64,000 bases of DNA from a virus (Duplodnaviria; Caudoviricetes): positions 64,001 to 128,000 of IMG/VR virus record IMGVR_UViG_3300014205_000170; one strand, given 5' to 3'. A model generated the notes under the pieces. It was not told the origin of the DNA, did no database searches, and saw only the letters and a list, made by a program, of their open reading frames with translations. Shown piece after piece: positions 1 through 10,116 of the stretch; within the stretch, counting starts at the first letter, position 1; every line of letters starts with the position of its first letter. Both the position numbers and the translations under genes were made by a program.

Positions 1-233
1 TTATCGGCAAATGTGATTCTATAAAAATTTAAAATTATGAAAGATATTATTGAAGAGTTGTTTTCTTGTCACGAATTAATTATTACCAAAGAAGGTTTTA
101 ATGCTTCTTTAACTTTGAAGAATAATGAAACCAACAAAAAATGGACATCCACATTGCCTTGTGACCATCACTTGGATAAAGAACGAATACAAGATTGTAT
201 TAGATTTATGAAAGACAAAACCAAATAATTAGA

Positions 234-494
234 ATGAGTGAACAAATAAACATTCATCTTTCTGTAAATGGTAAGAATGCTCTTGGGTGTCAACGTCATG
301 ATAAACATATTATGATTTCTTATTACGATAGAGGCCAACAGGACTTTGTTGACCTTTTTATGAATCAATTGGAAGCAAAGAATTTTTTAAAAGATTTGCA
401 ACAATGCATTGAAGAAAATGATGATGAAACTATAGCTCCAGCAAAAAGGCATATGTTAATTGAAAAAACAAATTACAAAATGAGGTGGTCATAA
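234..494 (+). CDS. Hypothetical protein, C-terminal RxVLxEK tag
   Basis: RHMLIEK near the C-terminus. Confidence 0.7.
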   Translation: MSEQINIHLSVNGKNALGCQRHDKHIMISYYDRGQQDFVDLFMNQLEAKNFLKDLQQCIEENDDETIAPAKRHMLIEKTNYKMRWS

Positions 495-499
495 TTGGT

Positions 500-832
500 A
501 TGAAAAAACGTAAAATATCTGAAACTAGAGTTGTAATAATAGAAAAATTCGATACCAAGGATGGGTGGATTGATATTAAAACCAATCTACCAAAACCTAT
601 AAGTACAGTATTGATTTGGACAAACATTTCATTTGCAGCTACAATTGGTTATTATACCGGTAGGGACTGGATGTATTTATCTGTTAATGAAAATTTATGG
701 TTAAATAAACATCCACATATAAAAGTATTATATTGGAAACCTTTACCAAATGTTCCAACAGCATATTGTAGACAAATTATGAAAAGCGTAAACGAAGACC
801 AAGATAATGTTGAAGTACTTGATAATGAATAA
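500..832 (+). CDS. DUF551-like small phage protein, N-terminal tag
   Basis: WIDIKTNLP...YWKPLP resembles DUF551 W..V.E.LP...HWMPLP; TRVVIIEK; ATG at 500 preferred. Confidence 0.6.
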   Translation: MKKRKISETRVVIIEKFDTKDGWIDIKTNLPKPISTVLIWTNISFAATIGYYTGRDWMYLSVNENLWLNKHPHIKVLYWKPLPNVPTAYCRQIMKSVNEDQDNVEVLDNE

Positions 833-1055
833 AGATTATTGTATATATACAAATTTTGAATTCGGTGTCAGTGATATTAATAAGAGGATAGTTTTGTTTG
901 AAAAACACAATGATTTAATTGTTGAAAAAAAACAAGAAAAATTAAATAAAAAACTGTTTAGTATACTTATGGAGGCAGCTTCTACAATAGAAAGAAATCC
1001 AAAACAGTTCGTTATGTATTTTGATTATCCAACATTTTCTAAAAAAAGAGAATAA
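825..1055 (+). CDS. Hypothetical protein with tag
   Basis: KRIVLFEK; ATG at 825 preferred. Confidence 0.65.
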   Translation: MNKDYCIYTNFEFGVSDINKRIVLFEKHNDLIVEKKQEKLNKKLFSILMEAASTIERNPKQFVMYFDYPTFSKKRE

Positions 1056-1213
1056 ATTTATGAATCGTTTTTTGTTTATATTCAGTCTTATTACAACTGT
1101 AGTGACAATAATAGTTCCGGTACATCCTTTTTGGGTAGGATGGATATTGTCTGGAGTAAGCGGATTTATGACAGGAAAATTTTTGGTTACTTTATTAACA
1201 GAAAAAATTTAAA

Positions 1214-1462
1214 ATGAGTTTAACATTTGATATAGTTGGCTATAAAGAAAGCACTAGAATGGTAATGTTTGAAAAAAATCAAAGTTATTATTTTAAATTA
1301 GACCCTAAAGGAGCTTGTGAAAAAAGGTGTCACTTACTTTTAAATGGAACTCGTGTTGGTAGTGGTGCTTGTGGAAGATGTATGTTCAATAAAGGTTATG
1401 GTCCAACAGAGAAGTATATAGTCTGTTCTAAATTAAAAGAAGCTTTAACTGAAAAGAATTAA
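1214..1462 (+). CDS. Cys-rich small protein with tag, paralog of 1466..1738
   Basis: TRMVMFEK; GSGACGRCMFN. Confidence 0.7.
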   Translation: MSLTFDIVGYKESTRMVMFEKNQSYYFKLDPKGACEKRCHLLLNGTRVGSGACGRCMFNKGYGPTEKYIVCSKLKEALTEKN

Positions 1463-1465
1463 GAC

Positions 1466-1738
1466 GTGAATAAAAACAAAAAAGACTTTGGTAGTCACAA
1501 CAATACTAGACATGTTATGTTTGAAAAAGCACAAGTTTATTACTACAACACAACTCAGGTACATGGTGTGTCAGGTATGATTCATGTATGTATTGAAACT
1601 TGTCATATCTCTAAAGTTTGGTGTAAAATTGGTAGTGATTTTTGTAAAGAATGCCGATTCAATGTAGGATTTCATATTAAAGAACAATATATTATTTGTA
1701 AAAAGATTAAACAGATTCAACAAAGAAGTGAAAAATAA
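1466..1738 (+). CDS. Cys-rich small protein with tag, paralog of 1214..1462
   Basis: TRHVMFEK; GSDFCKECRFN. Confidence 0.7.
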   Translation: MNKNKKDFGSHNNTRHVMFEKAQVYYYNTTQVHGVSGMIHVCIETCHISKVWCKIGSDFCKECRFNVGFHIKEQYIICKKIKQIQQRSEK

Positions 1739-2210
1739 AATCTACGAAATAATTTGTGTTGTTAAAGTGTGCAATACTGGAAACTTGTCTATGCATAATA
1801 TTCTATGGAGTTTCAATAGTTCAGTTAGTTCAGTTAATACTTCGAGATTTAAAAATGTGAAAACAACAACATTGAGTTTACAATATAACAACCTCGCTTT
1901 TCGTGAAATACAAATATTTAAAAAAATAATAAGGCAATGTGAATGGTTAGAGATTAGTAAGGCTTACCCACCAACATTATTAACTAAAAAGTCATATAAA
2001 ACTTTTAAACAATTTTGGTTAGAGATTGGAGTCAACCCAGTAGATATAAAATTTTTACAGAAGATAGGAAGAATAAGAAGTCTTGTAAATCACAATTTTT
2101 ACAAAAATGGTATTACAATTCAAATATGCCGACCATATAAAATACAAATCTTAACACAAACCAGAAAGGTTATAATTGAAAAACGTAAAAAAAGGAAATT
2201 AACAAATTAA
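1728..2210 (+). CDS. Hypothetical protein, C-terminal tag
   Basis: TRKVIIEK. Confidence 0.65.
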   Translation: MKNKIYEIICVVKVCNTGNLSMHNILWSFNSSVSSVNTSRFKNVKTTTLSLQYNNLAFREIQIFKKIIRQCEWLEISKAYPPTLLTKKSYKTFKQFWLEIGVNPVDIKFLQKIGRIRSLVNHNFYKNGITIQICRPYKIQILTQTRKVIIEKRKKRKLTN

Positions 2211-2222
2211 CTAAAAAATAAA

Positions 2223-2525
2223 ATGGAAACAGAAAAACGCATAAAAAGACTGGAGAGAATTGTAATAATATTATCAATACTCTTCATTGTATCAGTATTA
2301 ACATCAATTTATAGTGCCATACAAATTAAAACAGTGGCCAACAAAGTGCCTAGCTATCAAGAACTTAAGAAAGATATTCAAGCACTTAATCAATTATGTA
2401 AGATTTCTGAGGTAAAAGTACCTCAAGCTTATAACTTTACCAAGGATAAAGCCGTTAAAGGTTATGAGTACAGCAAAGAAAAGACAAACGAACTGATTGA
2501 TTACATAAAGAAAAAGAGCAAGTAA
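2223..2525 (+). CDS. Single-TM membrane protein
   Basis: Hydrophobic stretch IVIILSILFIVSVLTSIYSAI. Confidence 0.65.
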   Translation: METEKRIKRLERIVIILSILFIVSVLTSIYSAIQIKTVANKVPSYQELKKDIQALNQLCKISEVKVPQAYNFTKDKAVKGYEYSKEKTNELIDYIKKKSK

Positions 2526-2803
2526 GTGGAGAACGACTACGTTGAATATATACCAGTTAAGAAGTTAACCAAACGTCAAAGAGAGGTTTTAACCATTTTA
2601 TCAAGTGGAGAAGAGCTTGTTTTTGAAAAGGGTGCCGGATGGTGGCTTGGGCTTGATAGAGTTGGAGGAAAGTTGCCTATAACACTTTTAAGACATATGA
2701 CCATAAGGGCAGATGATTACTCATCTTCTGTTCAACGTTATACTATTAATGAAACCGGGAGAAAATCTTTAACCGATAACTGCTTGTATCTTATTAGAAA
2801 AAA

Positions 2804-3181
2804 ATGAGCTTTACCAAACAACATAAAGTAAATTTTAAAGAATTATTAAATCAATGGACCTTAAAAAGTCCACTTGCCAATCATTATACTATTCACTTTA
2901 AAGACAAACAAAAGGCTTTAGAATTGGAGGAATATTTACTTGGATTAAACTTTACAGGTAAACCAAGAAGTCAGTCTGATGATAAAAATATTTTTGTTGA
3001 TTGGAATAATACTCGCAGAAAAACATTTTCTATTATAATTTTTCCTAAATTAAACTCTTTTATGAGAACAAAAAGAGTCACTAAAAACTCAAGAGGTTAT
3101 TATAATGTATTATCTGGAGATTCAGTAGAAAAATTTTGTTTTAAATTTGTAATGGTTGAAAAAGCAATTGAATATTTATGA
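2804..3181 (+). CDS. Hypothetical protein, C-terminal tag
   Basis: KFVMVEK. Confidence 0.6.
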   Translation: MSFTKQHKVNFKELLNQWTLKSPLANHYTIHFKDKQKALELEEYLLGLNFTGKPRSQSDDKNIFVDWNNTRRKTFSIIIFPKLNSFMRTKRVTKNSRGYYNVLSGDSVEKFCFKFVMVEKAIEYL

Positions 3182-3636
3182 AAAGTAAACAATTCAAACA
3201 ATTTAATAAAGATGAATATGTTTGTCGTTTTTTTGATATTAACCTTACAAGGATAACGAATTTTTCTTTTAAATTCAAACACAAATTAACGTCAGAAGAA
3301 AAAAAAATTATAAAAAAAATTCTAAAAATAAGTGATGGCTATTGCGTTTATAATGTAGTAGAAAAAAGAACATTAGTTTTTAGAATGAAGCACACTTATC
3401 GTTCTTATAAAGATTTGTATATTGATAACGACATTGATAAAAACATTATACAAACTTTAAAAAATAAAAAAATAATTATTCATATGCTTAACGGGTGGAA
3501 TAGAAACACCAGAAAGAGAGACTATAGTATTTATTTTTATTTTGATGTTGAATATTTTCACAATTTAACATCAACAAGAAAGGTGTTGTTGGAAAAACAT
3601 AAAAGTAGAGGACGAAAAAAGAAGGTACTTGCATAA
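3178..3636 (+). CDS. Hypothetical protein, C-terminal tag
   Basis: TRKVLLEK. Confidence 0.65.
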   Translation: MKSKQFKQFNKDEYVCRFFDINLTRITNFSFKFKHKLTSEEKKIIKKILKISDGYCVYNVVEKRTLVFRMKHTYRSYKDLYIDNDIDKNIIQTLKNKKIIIHMLNGWNRNTRKRDYSIYFYFDVEYFHNLTSTRKVLLEKHKSRGRKKKVLA

Positions 3637-3673
3637 TATTACAAATTATATATAATGAACTTTATTTTATACA

Positions 3674-4012
3674 ATGGCCAAATTAATAGGTGATAGATAT
3701 GATTTAAAGGCTATGAAATGCAGATTTTGCGGATGTGCTTTTTTGATTGGCATGTCTGTGGTAGGTCAACATGCACAAGCCTGCCATCAGTGCTTAGAAA
3801 GATTTGGAGGTGGTTTTTTAAGCATTAGAATTCCTGAAATTTCTCAGGGAAGTATGAGAAATATGGAATATTTGATTCCGTATTATGTTTTAGCATTTCG
3901 TAATGTACTAACTGAAAAACATGTGAATAATAAAAATACATCTTTAATACAAATTGCAAAAAAATATCCAAATAACGTAAGTAAACATATATTAGTATCT
4001 TTAAGAAGATAA
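3674..4012 (+). CDS. Zn-finger paralog 1 (CxxC..CxxC-GGG-tag)
   Basis: CRFC, CHQC, GGGF, RNVLTEK. Confidence 0.75.
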   Translation: MAKLIGDRYDLKAMKCRFCGCAFLIGMSVVGQHAQACHQCLERFGGGFLSIRIPEISQGSMRNMEYLIPYYVLAFRNVLTEKHVNNKNTSLIQIAKKYPNNVSKHILVSLRR

Positions 4013-4420
4013 ATGGACACTACTGGCATAGAAGAAATAACAACAGAACATCAAAAGAGATTAGAAGAGAAGTTCTACCCAATTACTTATTGTAAAATGT
4101 GTGGGGATAAATTTTTCATCAACAGATATGGTAGTAATGAGCGTTTTTGTCTTGGTTGTTTAAAAGAAGCAGAAGGTGGTTATTGTGAAATAAGAATAGA
4201 GTTTAAAGAGTATCTCACTAAGAAAATTAGAGAAAATTTTTTTTTAGACAACCGAAATATTTTGGTACCATATAAAAGTTTTATGATTCACAGAAATGTA
4301 CTAACAGAAAAATTTTACATTAATAATCAGAGAAAAAATTCTATAAATAAATTACTCATTAAGTATCTCGAAAATTCTAAGGGCATAACACAAGAAGAGG
4401 TAATATTTGAAAGAGTTTGA
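4013..4420 (+). CDS. Zn-finger paralog 2
   Basis: CKMC, CLGC, EGGY, RNVLTEK. Confidence 0.75.
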   Translation: MDTTGIEEITTEHQKRLEEKFYPITYCKMCGDKFFINRYGSNERFCLGCLKEAEGGYCEIRIEFKEYLTKKIRENFFLDNRNILVPYKSFMIHRNVLTEKFYINNQRKNSINKLLIKYLENSKGITQEEVIFERV

Positions 4421-4899
4421 AAAACAGCAGATATACATATAATAAACGCACTACTATTGGTAATAACAAAAACATTAAGCCTAAGCAAAAGTCTATGGCT
4501 AAACGTTTGGAATGCCCTATAAAAAATGTAAAACCAAAATCAAAAAGTTCAAAAATGGATTTTTGTGTAACGGGTTTATGTAGTTTATGTAAATCTATGT
4601 TTCCAGAAGCATATGAGAAAAAAGGTAAAAACACAAGGCGACATTTCATTGGATGGGACCGTTCAATTTGTTCTTCATGTTTTGAGAAATCTGGTGGTGG
4701 ATTTTATGAAATTGAAATACGTACTCAAATAGATACCAACACTGTTAATTTACAACTTTATATTATTCCGTACAAAATATTGGAATCAAGAAATGTATTA
4801 TTGGAAAAAAACAAAAATGACAGAGATGTATCCTTGGTGAAAATTGCTATAAAACACGGAATACAACCTACCGAAAGTTTAATGTATACATTAAGTTGA
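4417..4899 (+). CDS. Zn-finger paralog 3
   Basis: CSLC, CSSC, GGGF, RNVLLEK. Confidence 0.75.
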   Translation: MKNSRYTYNKRTTIGNNKNIKPKQKSMAKRLECPIKNVKPKSKSSKMDFCVTGLCSLCKSMFPEAYEKKGKNTRRHFIGWDRSICSSCFEKSGGGFYEIEIRTQIDTNTVNLQLYIIPYKILESRNVLLEKNKNDRDVSLVKIAIKHGIQPTESLMYTLS

Positions 4900-5282
4900 A
4901 AAAGATTAAAAAAAATACCACGAGTATTCCAGCAATATCAAATTTAGATAATGGCTGGACTTATACTAATCCAGCACTGTTACATAAGTTAAAAAAATGT
5001 ACAATTTGTTTTGATTTGTATGAACCATCAAAAAAATTAAAAAAAGGAACATTAATTATTTGTCCAGGATGTATTGAAAAATTAGGTGGAGGCTTATTGC
5101 GAATAGAAGTTTTTGTTAAAGAGTATGGTATAATCGAATATCATATACCTTTTAAAGTTCTAAATTATAAAAACGTTTTAATTGAAAAATATACTAATTC
5201 GCTAAATTCCCCAATGTTACAATTGGGTAAAAAATACAATTTAGGAAGTACTGTGCATTTTGTTAGTCCATTACCAGAATGA
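4896..5282 (+). CDS. Zn-finger paralog 4
   Basis: CTIC, CPGC, GGGL, KNVLIEK. Confidence 0.75.
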   Translation: MKKIKKNTTSIPAISNLDNGWTYTNPALLHKLKKCTICFDLYEPSKKLKKGTLIICPGCIEKLGGGLLRIEVFVKEYGIIEYHIPFKVLNYKNVLIEKYTNSLNSPMLQLGKKYNLGSTVHFVSPLPE

Positions 5283-5653
5283 GTTTTGTAGAAAAATACA
5301 TAATGTCTTCTGATGTTGCTGCTAATAACAAAAAACCAACAGTATTTTTCAGTATAGTATGTACTGTATGTAAAACTGTTTATAGTTATAATACTATATG
5401 TGGCACAGAAGGTGAAATTTGTTCTTCATGTATTGAAAGAGCTGGAGGTGGATTCATTAAAACGGAAGTTATATTTTTTGAAGAGGTTCTTTGTTTTGAA
5501 TGGGTGAAATGTTTTTATATAACATACACTTCTCTTCAAACAAGAAATGTATTAACAGAAAAACACATCAACTCAATGAACACTTCTCTTGTACAGATAG
5601 CACAAAAGCACAAAGCTGTAATGACTGAAAAAAGAGGAGAACAGTTATGGTGA
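5279..5653 (+). CDS. Zn-finger paralog 5
   Basis: CTVC, CSSC, GGGF, RNVLTEK. Confidence 0.75.
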   Translation: MSFVEKYIMSSDVAANNKKPTVFFSIVCTVCKTVYSYNTICGTEGEICSSCIERAGGGFIKTEVIFFEEVLCFEWVKCFYITYTSLQTRNVLTEKHINSMNTSLVQIAQKHKAVMTEKRGEQLW

Positions 5654-6000
5654 TGTTTGTTGAAAAAATATTAAAGAAAATTTATAGTAAACACAATTAT
5701 AAAAGAGATATTTTTTGTTCATATTGCGATTCAATGTTTGCTTGTAAGCGTATTGTGAATTATCATTATTGGGCTTGTAATGAATGTTTAAAAGAAACCG
5801 GTGGCTTTTTAATAGAAACAAGAACAGTACACACATCAGAATACACAACAGAAGAGTGTTCTTCAACCATAAGCTTTTTTATTACAAATAAAATTTTGGC
5901 AAACAGAAATGTATTAACAGAAAAACATAGGAATACTATTAATGACTCTTTAATAAGAATAGCTATCAAAAATGACGCAAAATTTGTTGTTTCTCCTTAG
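5647..6000 (+). CDS. Zn-finger paralog 6
   Basis: CSYC, CNEC, TGGF, RNVLTEK. Confidence 0.75.
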   Translation: MVMFVEKILKKIYSKHNYKRDIFCSYCDSMFACKRIVNYHYWACNECLKETGGFLIETRTVHTSEYTTEECSSTISFFITNKILANRNVLTEKHRNTINDSLIRIAIKNDAKFVVSP

Positions 6001-6013
6001 TTATCTTGAAGAG

Positions 6014-6042
6014 TGTAACAATTTTAACAATTTTTCGTTTAA
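6014..6042 (+). promoter_or_regulatory. ECF-sigma-like promoter
   Basis: TGTAAC-N16-CGTTTAA upstream of ATG 6053. Confidence 0.75.
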
Positions 6043-6052
6043 TTAAAAGACT

Positions 6053-6295
6053 ATGCATATTGTTAAAAATGAACATAATTCTCTTGGATTAAATCAAGAG
6101 AGTGTAAGAAGATGTTCTTCTTGTCTTACTCCTAATCCAGATAAAGGAAGGGCGTTTGACGGAAGACGTGCTTATCGTTGTAAATGTTGTAGTAATGTAT
6201 GGTCAGAAGGAATGCAGGGTCGAAAGAAGACCTTTAGTATTCAACGATACGGATTTCAATTTGCAGATAGTAAAGGCATTGGACACGTTGCTTAA
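6053..6295 (+). CDS. Small Zn-ribbon protein
   Basis: CSSC...CKCC; follows a promoter. Confidence 0.6.
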   Translation: MHIVKNEHNSLGLNQESVRRCSSCLTPNPDKGRAFDGRRAYRCKCCSNVWSEGMQGRKKTFSIQRYGFQFADSKGIGHVA

Positions 6296-6304
6296 TCTAG
6301 TCAC

Positions 6305-6559
6305 ATGTTCAGCTTTGGAATAATGGATGGCGAAGAGTGTGGACGAAATGGCTGTAAAGGCATTTTGGAAGAAAAACCACAAGAATTGGAAGGATGTTCT
6401 TGTCATCTTCATCCACCATGTGCTTATTGTGTAAACAAAGTTGGATGCTGTCCAATTTGTGAATGGAATACATTGGACAGTTTAAACACAAGAGTAATGT
6501 TGTTTGAAAAATATGAAACCATTAAAAAAGAAAAGAACAAGCGGCGAAATACGCGTTAA
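6305..6559 (+). CDS. Cys-rich protein with tag
   Basis: CSCHLHPPCAYC; TRVMLFEK. Confidence 0.65.
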   Translation: MFSFGIMDGEECGRNGCKGILEEKPQELEGCSCHLHPPCAYCVNKVGCCPICEWNTLDSLNTRVMLFEKYETIKKEKNKRRNTR

Positions 6560-6647
6560 GAAACATGCGAAAGAAATTCGTAAATTACTTAAGAACTCTC
6601 GTCAAAAAGTTTCAGCAAAAAGAATTTCTAATTTATAAAAATACCAA

Positions 6648-7682
6648 ATGAGAAAACTAGCTTCCATACAAAGAGTAGATAAAATCAGACCGATTGAGAA
6701 TGCCGATAGTATCTGTTGTGCTAATATTTTAGGTTGGCAAATTGTATGTAGAATAGGAGATGTGAAAGAAAGTGATTTGGTTGTTTATTGCGAAATAGAC
6801 AGTTTATTGCCGGATATTGATTTATTTCAAGATGTCAAAAAAATCACTAGCGGAACTATGCGTATACGCACCGTTAGAATGAGAGGACAGGTATCACAAG
6901 GAATTTGTTTTCCAATAAGTATTGTTGAGAATTTTGGTTTATCAGTTACAAACATGACTATTGGCCAGGATGTAACCGATGCGATGGGTATAAAAAAATA
7001 TGAAGATGTGTTACCAGCCGAATTATTGGGTAAATCAAAAGGATATATGCCATCTGTAATACCTAAATCAGACTTATACCGTGTGCAAACAATGCAAGAT
7101 GTTCTTGATAAATACCAAGGAACTCTTTGTTATGAAACTGAAAAGTTAGACGGAGAAAGCATTACTTTTTATTTAAAAGATAATGTGTTTGGTGTTTGTT
7201 CTAAAGTTGTGGATTTTATTGAATCTGAAGATTCTGTACATTGGCGAATTGCAAAACAATTTAAAGTTGAAGAGAAATTAAGATTATATTCCAAAACCAA
7301 AGGAGCTAACTTGGGGTATAATTATTCAATGCAGGGCGAAATCATTGGAGAGGGAATCAAAAAAAATAAATACAAAATAAAGGGCCAAAAAGTATTTTTA
7401 TATAACATTTTCAACATTGATAAACATTGTTATTTAAACTACGATGAATTTGTTATGGCTACTACTGTATTAGATTTAGAAAGAGTACCTTTAATCAACG
7501 ATAGGCTCATTTTAAGTAATGATATTAATGAACTTGTTGCTTTATCAAATGGCAGGTCTATGCTATATGATACCAAACGTGAGGGAATTGTGATTACTCC
7601 GTTAATTGAAATAAATGATATTATTGGTCGCATAACCTTTAAGGTAATAAGTCCTGAATTTTTAATTAAACATGGTGAATAA
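6648..7682 (+). CDS. RNA ligase, DRB0094 family (OB-fold N-terminus plus Rnl2-like nucleotidyltransferase)
   Basis: MRKLASIQRV start, RMRGQVSQG, motif I TEKLDGES, QGEIIG, REGIV, FKVISPEFL. Confidence 0.9.
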   Translation: MRKLASIQRVDKIRPIENADSICCANILGWQIVCRIGDVKESDLVVYCEIDSLLPDIDLFQDVKKITSGTMRIRTVRMRGQVSQGICFPISIVENFGLSVTNMTIGQDVTDAMGIKKYEDVLPAELLGKSKGYMPSVIPKSDLYRVQTMQDVLDKYQGTLCYETEKLDGESITFYLKDNVFGVCSKVVDFIESEDSVHWRIAKQFKVEEKLRLYSKTKGANLGYNYSMQGEIIGEGIKKNKYKIKGQKVFLYNIFNIDKHCYLNYDEFVMATTVLDLERVPLINDRLILSNDINELVALSNGRSMLYDTKREGIVITPLIEINDIIGRITFKVISPEFLIKHGE

Positions 7683-7971
7683 AATGGATAAATCAATAAC
7701 AAATTTTATTGGGTGCACTTTTTTAAAAACAAATGATAGAGTAAAATTATCACAAAGATGTGGTGATTTTAAAATGTTAAACAAAATAACTCCTCAATAT
7801 ATTTCAGATGGACTACAAAAAGAAAAAGAATATATTATAACAGATGCCACACCAATTCTTAAAGTAGTAGATGCGGACCAACAGTTTGTAAGTGTGAATG
7901 GAGCTCCTTCCATGTCTTATCCTTGTTGGTGTTTTGAAAAAATCAATAATTAATTCATTTAAACATCAATT

Positions 7972-8457
7972 ATGTTATGTATAGGCTTGTTTGGTACGTG
8001 TGGTGGTAGTTCGTGGAGAACTGCTTTTATTGAAGCGTATCAAAAGCTTGGTATTGAACATTATAATCCACAAGTGGAGGATTGGAGACCAGAATTAGCC
8101 CAAATAGAAGCAGAGCATTTATTAAATGATGAAATCATTCTATTTCCAGTTACTGACGAAACTTATGGAACCGGTAGTCTGGCCGAAACAGGCTTTTCAA
8201 TCCTTCAAACGGTTAATTCTAGTGAAAATAGGTCTGTTGTCATTTTAATACATAAAGATGTCAAGGAAGAGCTTAAAATAGCCAATCCAGCCCTTGCCAA
8301 AGAAAGTATGAGGTCACGAGCTCTCGTAAATGCTCACCTCTCTAAAATCAAGAAAAACAATGTATACATTGTGGATACGCTTGAGGACATGCTTAATGTC
8401 AGTTTAAAACTTTATGAAGTCCATTCGATTTTAAGAGAATTAAAATTAAAAAGCTGA
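7972..8457 (+). CDS. Nucleoside 2-deoxyribosyltransferase-like protein
   Basis: GLFGTCGGSSWR, YNPQVEDW, SLAETG. Confidence 0.65.
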   Translation: MLCIGLFGTCGGSSWRTAFIEAYQKLGIEHYNPQVEDWRPELAQIEAEHLLNDEIILFPVTDETYGTGSLAETGFSILQTVNSSENRSVVILIHKDVKEELKIANPALAKESMRSRALVNAHLSKIKKNNVYIVDTLEDMLNVSLKLYEVHSILRELKLKS

Positions 8458-8468
8458 AATAAATTTAT

Positions 8469-8476
8469 TAAATTTG
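8469..8476 (+). promoter_or_regulatory. Bacteroidetes primary-sigma -7 element
   Basis: TAAATTTG (TAnnTTTG) just before ATG 8481. Confidence 0.55.
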
Positions 8477-8480
8477 ACAC

Positions 8481-8933
8481 ATGCAAATCCCTGTAATTCC
8501 AAAATATAAAACGGTTCTTATTGAAAAACAATTATCAAAATTTGAAATTGATTTTTTTGATGTGATTAACGATGGAGTTTGGTTGGAGGATTTTAATCAT
8601 TGGCCAGATAACTATTTCTTTTTTAAGTTTTTCCAAAAAGAAAAACAAGAATGTATTTTTAGATTTAGTGCAATTGGAAATGCTTTTTATTGCGATATGG
8701 ATTTGTGGAATTATTACGAAAAGCAATATAGTATTTATTCTGAAAATGTTTTTTTGAATACATTTACAAAAACTTTAAAAAAGTTTTTTAATTTATCTAA
8801 CATACATTTTTTATATCCAACAAAACTTGATAAACAAGCTGATTTACTTCCTTGGTATGAGTGGTTAAATGTATACAATAATAGAATTACATTTTATGAA
8901 AAAGAAACAAGAACTTTAACTTATATAAAATGA
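8481..8933 (+). CDS. Hypothetical protein, N-terminal tag
   Basis: KTVLIEK. Confidence 0.65.
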   Translation: MQIPVIPKYKTVLIEKQLSKFEIDFFDVINDGVWLEDFNHWPDNYFFFKFFQKEKQECIFRFSAIGNAFYCDMDLWNYYEKQYSIYSENVFLNTFTKTLKKFFNLSNIHFLYPTKLDKQADLLPWYEWLNVYNNRITFYEKETRTLTYIK

Positions 8934-9231
8934 GTAAATATTATTGTTCAGGCTGTCAACAAATCATTGAGCGAGATTGGAATGGGAAAACTTACAGTAG
9001 TTATTGCGATACTATTGAAAAAAAAGTGGTCTTAAAAAAATTAGAACTCATTCCTATTTCTGAATTATCAATATTCAAACCAAAGAAACATATAGATTTT
9101 GTTTGGACGGATAAATTAGTATTAGAATTTAATAAAATATCAACCTCTGGTTCTTATGGTATTTATTCAGATTGTAAAAGCATTAAATCAAAATTGAAAA
9201 AATTTAAAGAAATAAACAAATCTTTGAAATA

Positions 9232-9645
9232 ATGATAGAACTGATTGAAAATACTATTATAGAAGAATTTAAACCTCTACAAAATGATTGGGAAGCCAAA
9301 TATAAACATATCATTAATATAGGCAAGAGTCTACCAACACTGGATAACAAGCATAAAATCAAAGAGAATTTAATTAAGGGCTGTCAAACTCAAGTGTGGT
9401 TACATGCTAGGATAAGTGATGATGATAAAATAATTTATACGGCAGATAGTGATGCAGCTATAACTAAAGGAATGATAGCTTTAATTATTCGTGTACTTTC
9501 AAATCAACTTCCTCAAGATATTATACAGGCCGATTTAAAATTTATAGATACAATAAATCTAAAAGAGCAATTGTCTCCGACACGTTCTAATGGTTTATTA
9601 AGTATGATTAAACAAATGAAAGAAGAAGCTCAAAGATTTTTATGA
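9232..9645 (+). CDS. sufE: SufE Fe-S cluster sulfur acceptor
   Basis: IKGCQTQVWL, ADSDAAITKG, LSPTRSNGL. Confidence 0.92.
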   Translation: MIELIENTIIEEFKPLQNDWEAKYKHIINIGKSLPTLDNKHKIKENLIKGCQTQVWLHARISDDDKIIYTADSDAAITKGMIALIIRVLSNQLPQDIIQADLKFIDTINLKEQLSPTRSNGLLSMIKQMKEEAQRFL

Positions 9646-9851
9646 GCTCATTAGAAGAATATATAGCCATAACTTCAATTCCAGTATCTATCTGGATGTT
9701 AAATTACGTATTGGAATATGCGATTAAAAAACATGATAAAAAAAAGTCTCAACGTTTGCATGACCACTTACACAATACGACAAGAAGACGTGTTTTGTTG
9801 GAAAAAATTAAAAAAGAAAAATTTGAAACAAATAATATTAGCATGATTTAA
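9642..9851 (+). CDS. Small membrane protein with tag
   Basis: N-terminal hydrophobic segment; RRVLLEK. Confidence 0.6.
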   Translation: MSSLEEYIAITSIPVSIWMLNYVLEYAIKKHDKKKSQRLHDHLHNTTRRRVLLEKIKKEKFETNNISMI

Positions 9852-10116
9852 AATGAAACAATTTCAAGAAGAAGGACCTCAACAAATAATAATTCCGGAA
9901 CAAAAATTCATGTCTTGTTCGCGTTGTAAATATTTTAGTAATGATTTACTAAAATCTGGTAAAAACCCAAAGTATAAATCCAATTGCAATCATCCTTCTA
10001 TAGCGGAAAATAAATCATTGAATTTATTTTGTGGCAATCTTCATGAAAATCTTAATAGAATTGTGGAAACTCCAACATGGTGTCCTTTTTTAAAAACTGA
10101 ATCGAAAGAAAAATAA

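Noticed and set aside
1060-2807. Weak tag-like strings VTLLTEK (1060) and ELVFEK (2526)
   Set aside because: They lack the basic first residue or the hydrophobic pattern and are compatible with chance, so they were not counted.
3674-6000. Diversity-generating retroelement behind the paralog array
   Set aside because: No reverse transcriptase and no near-identical template/variable repeat pair in the window.
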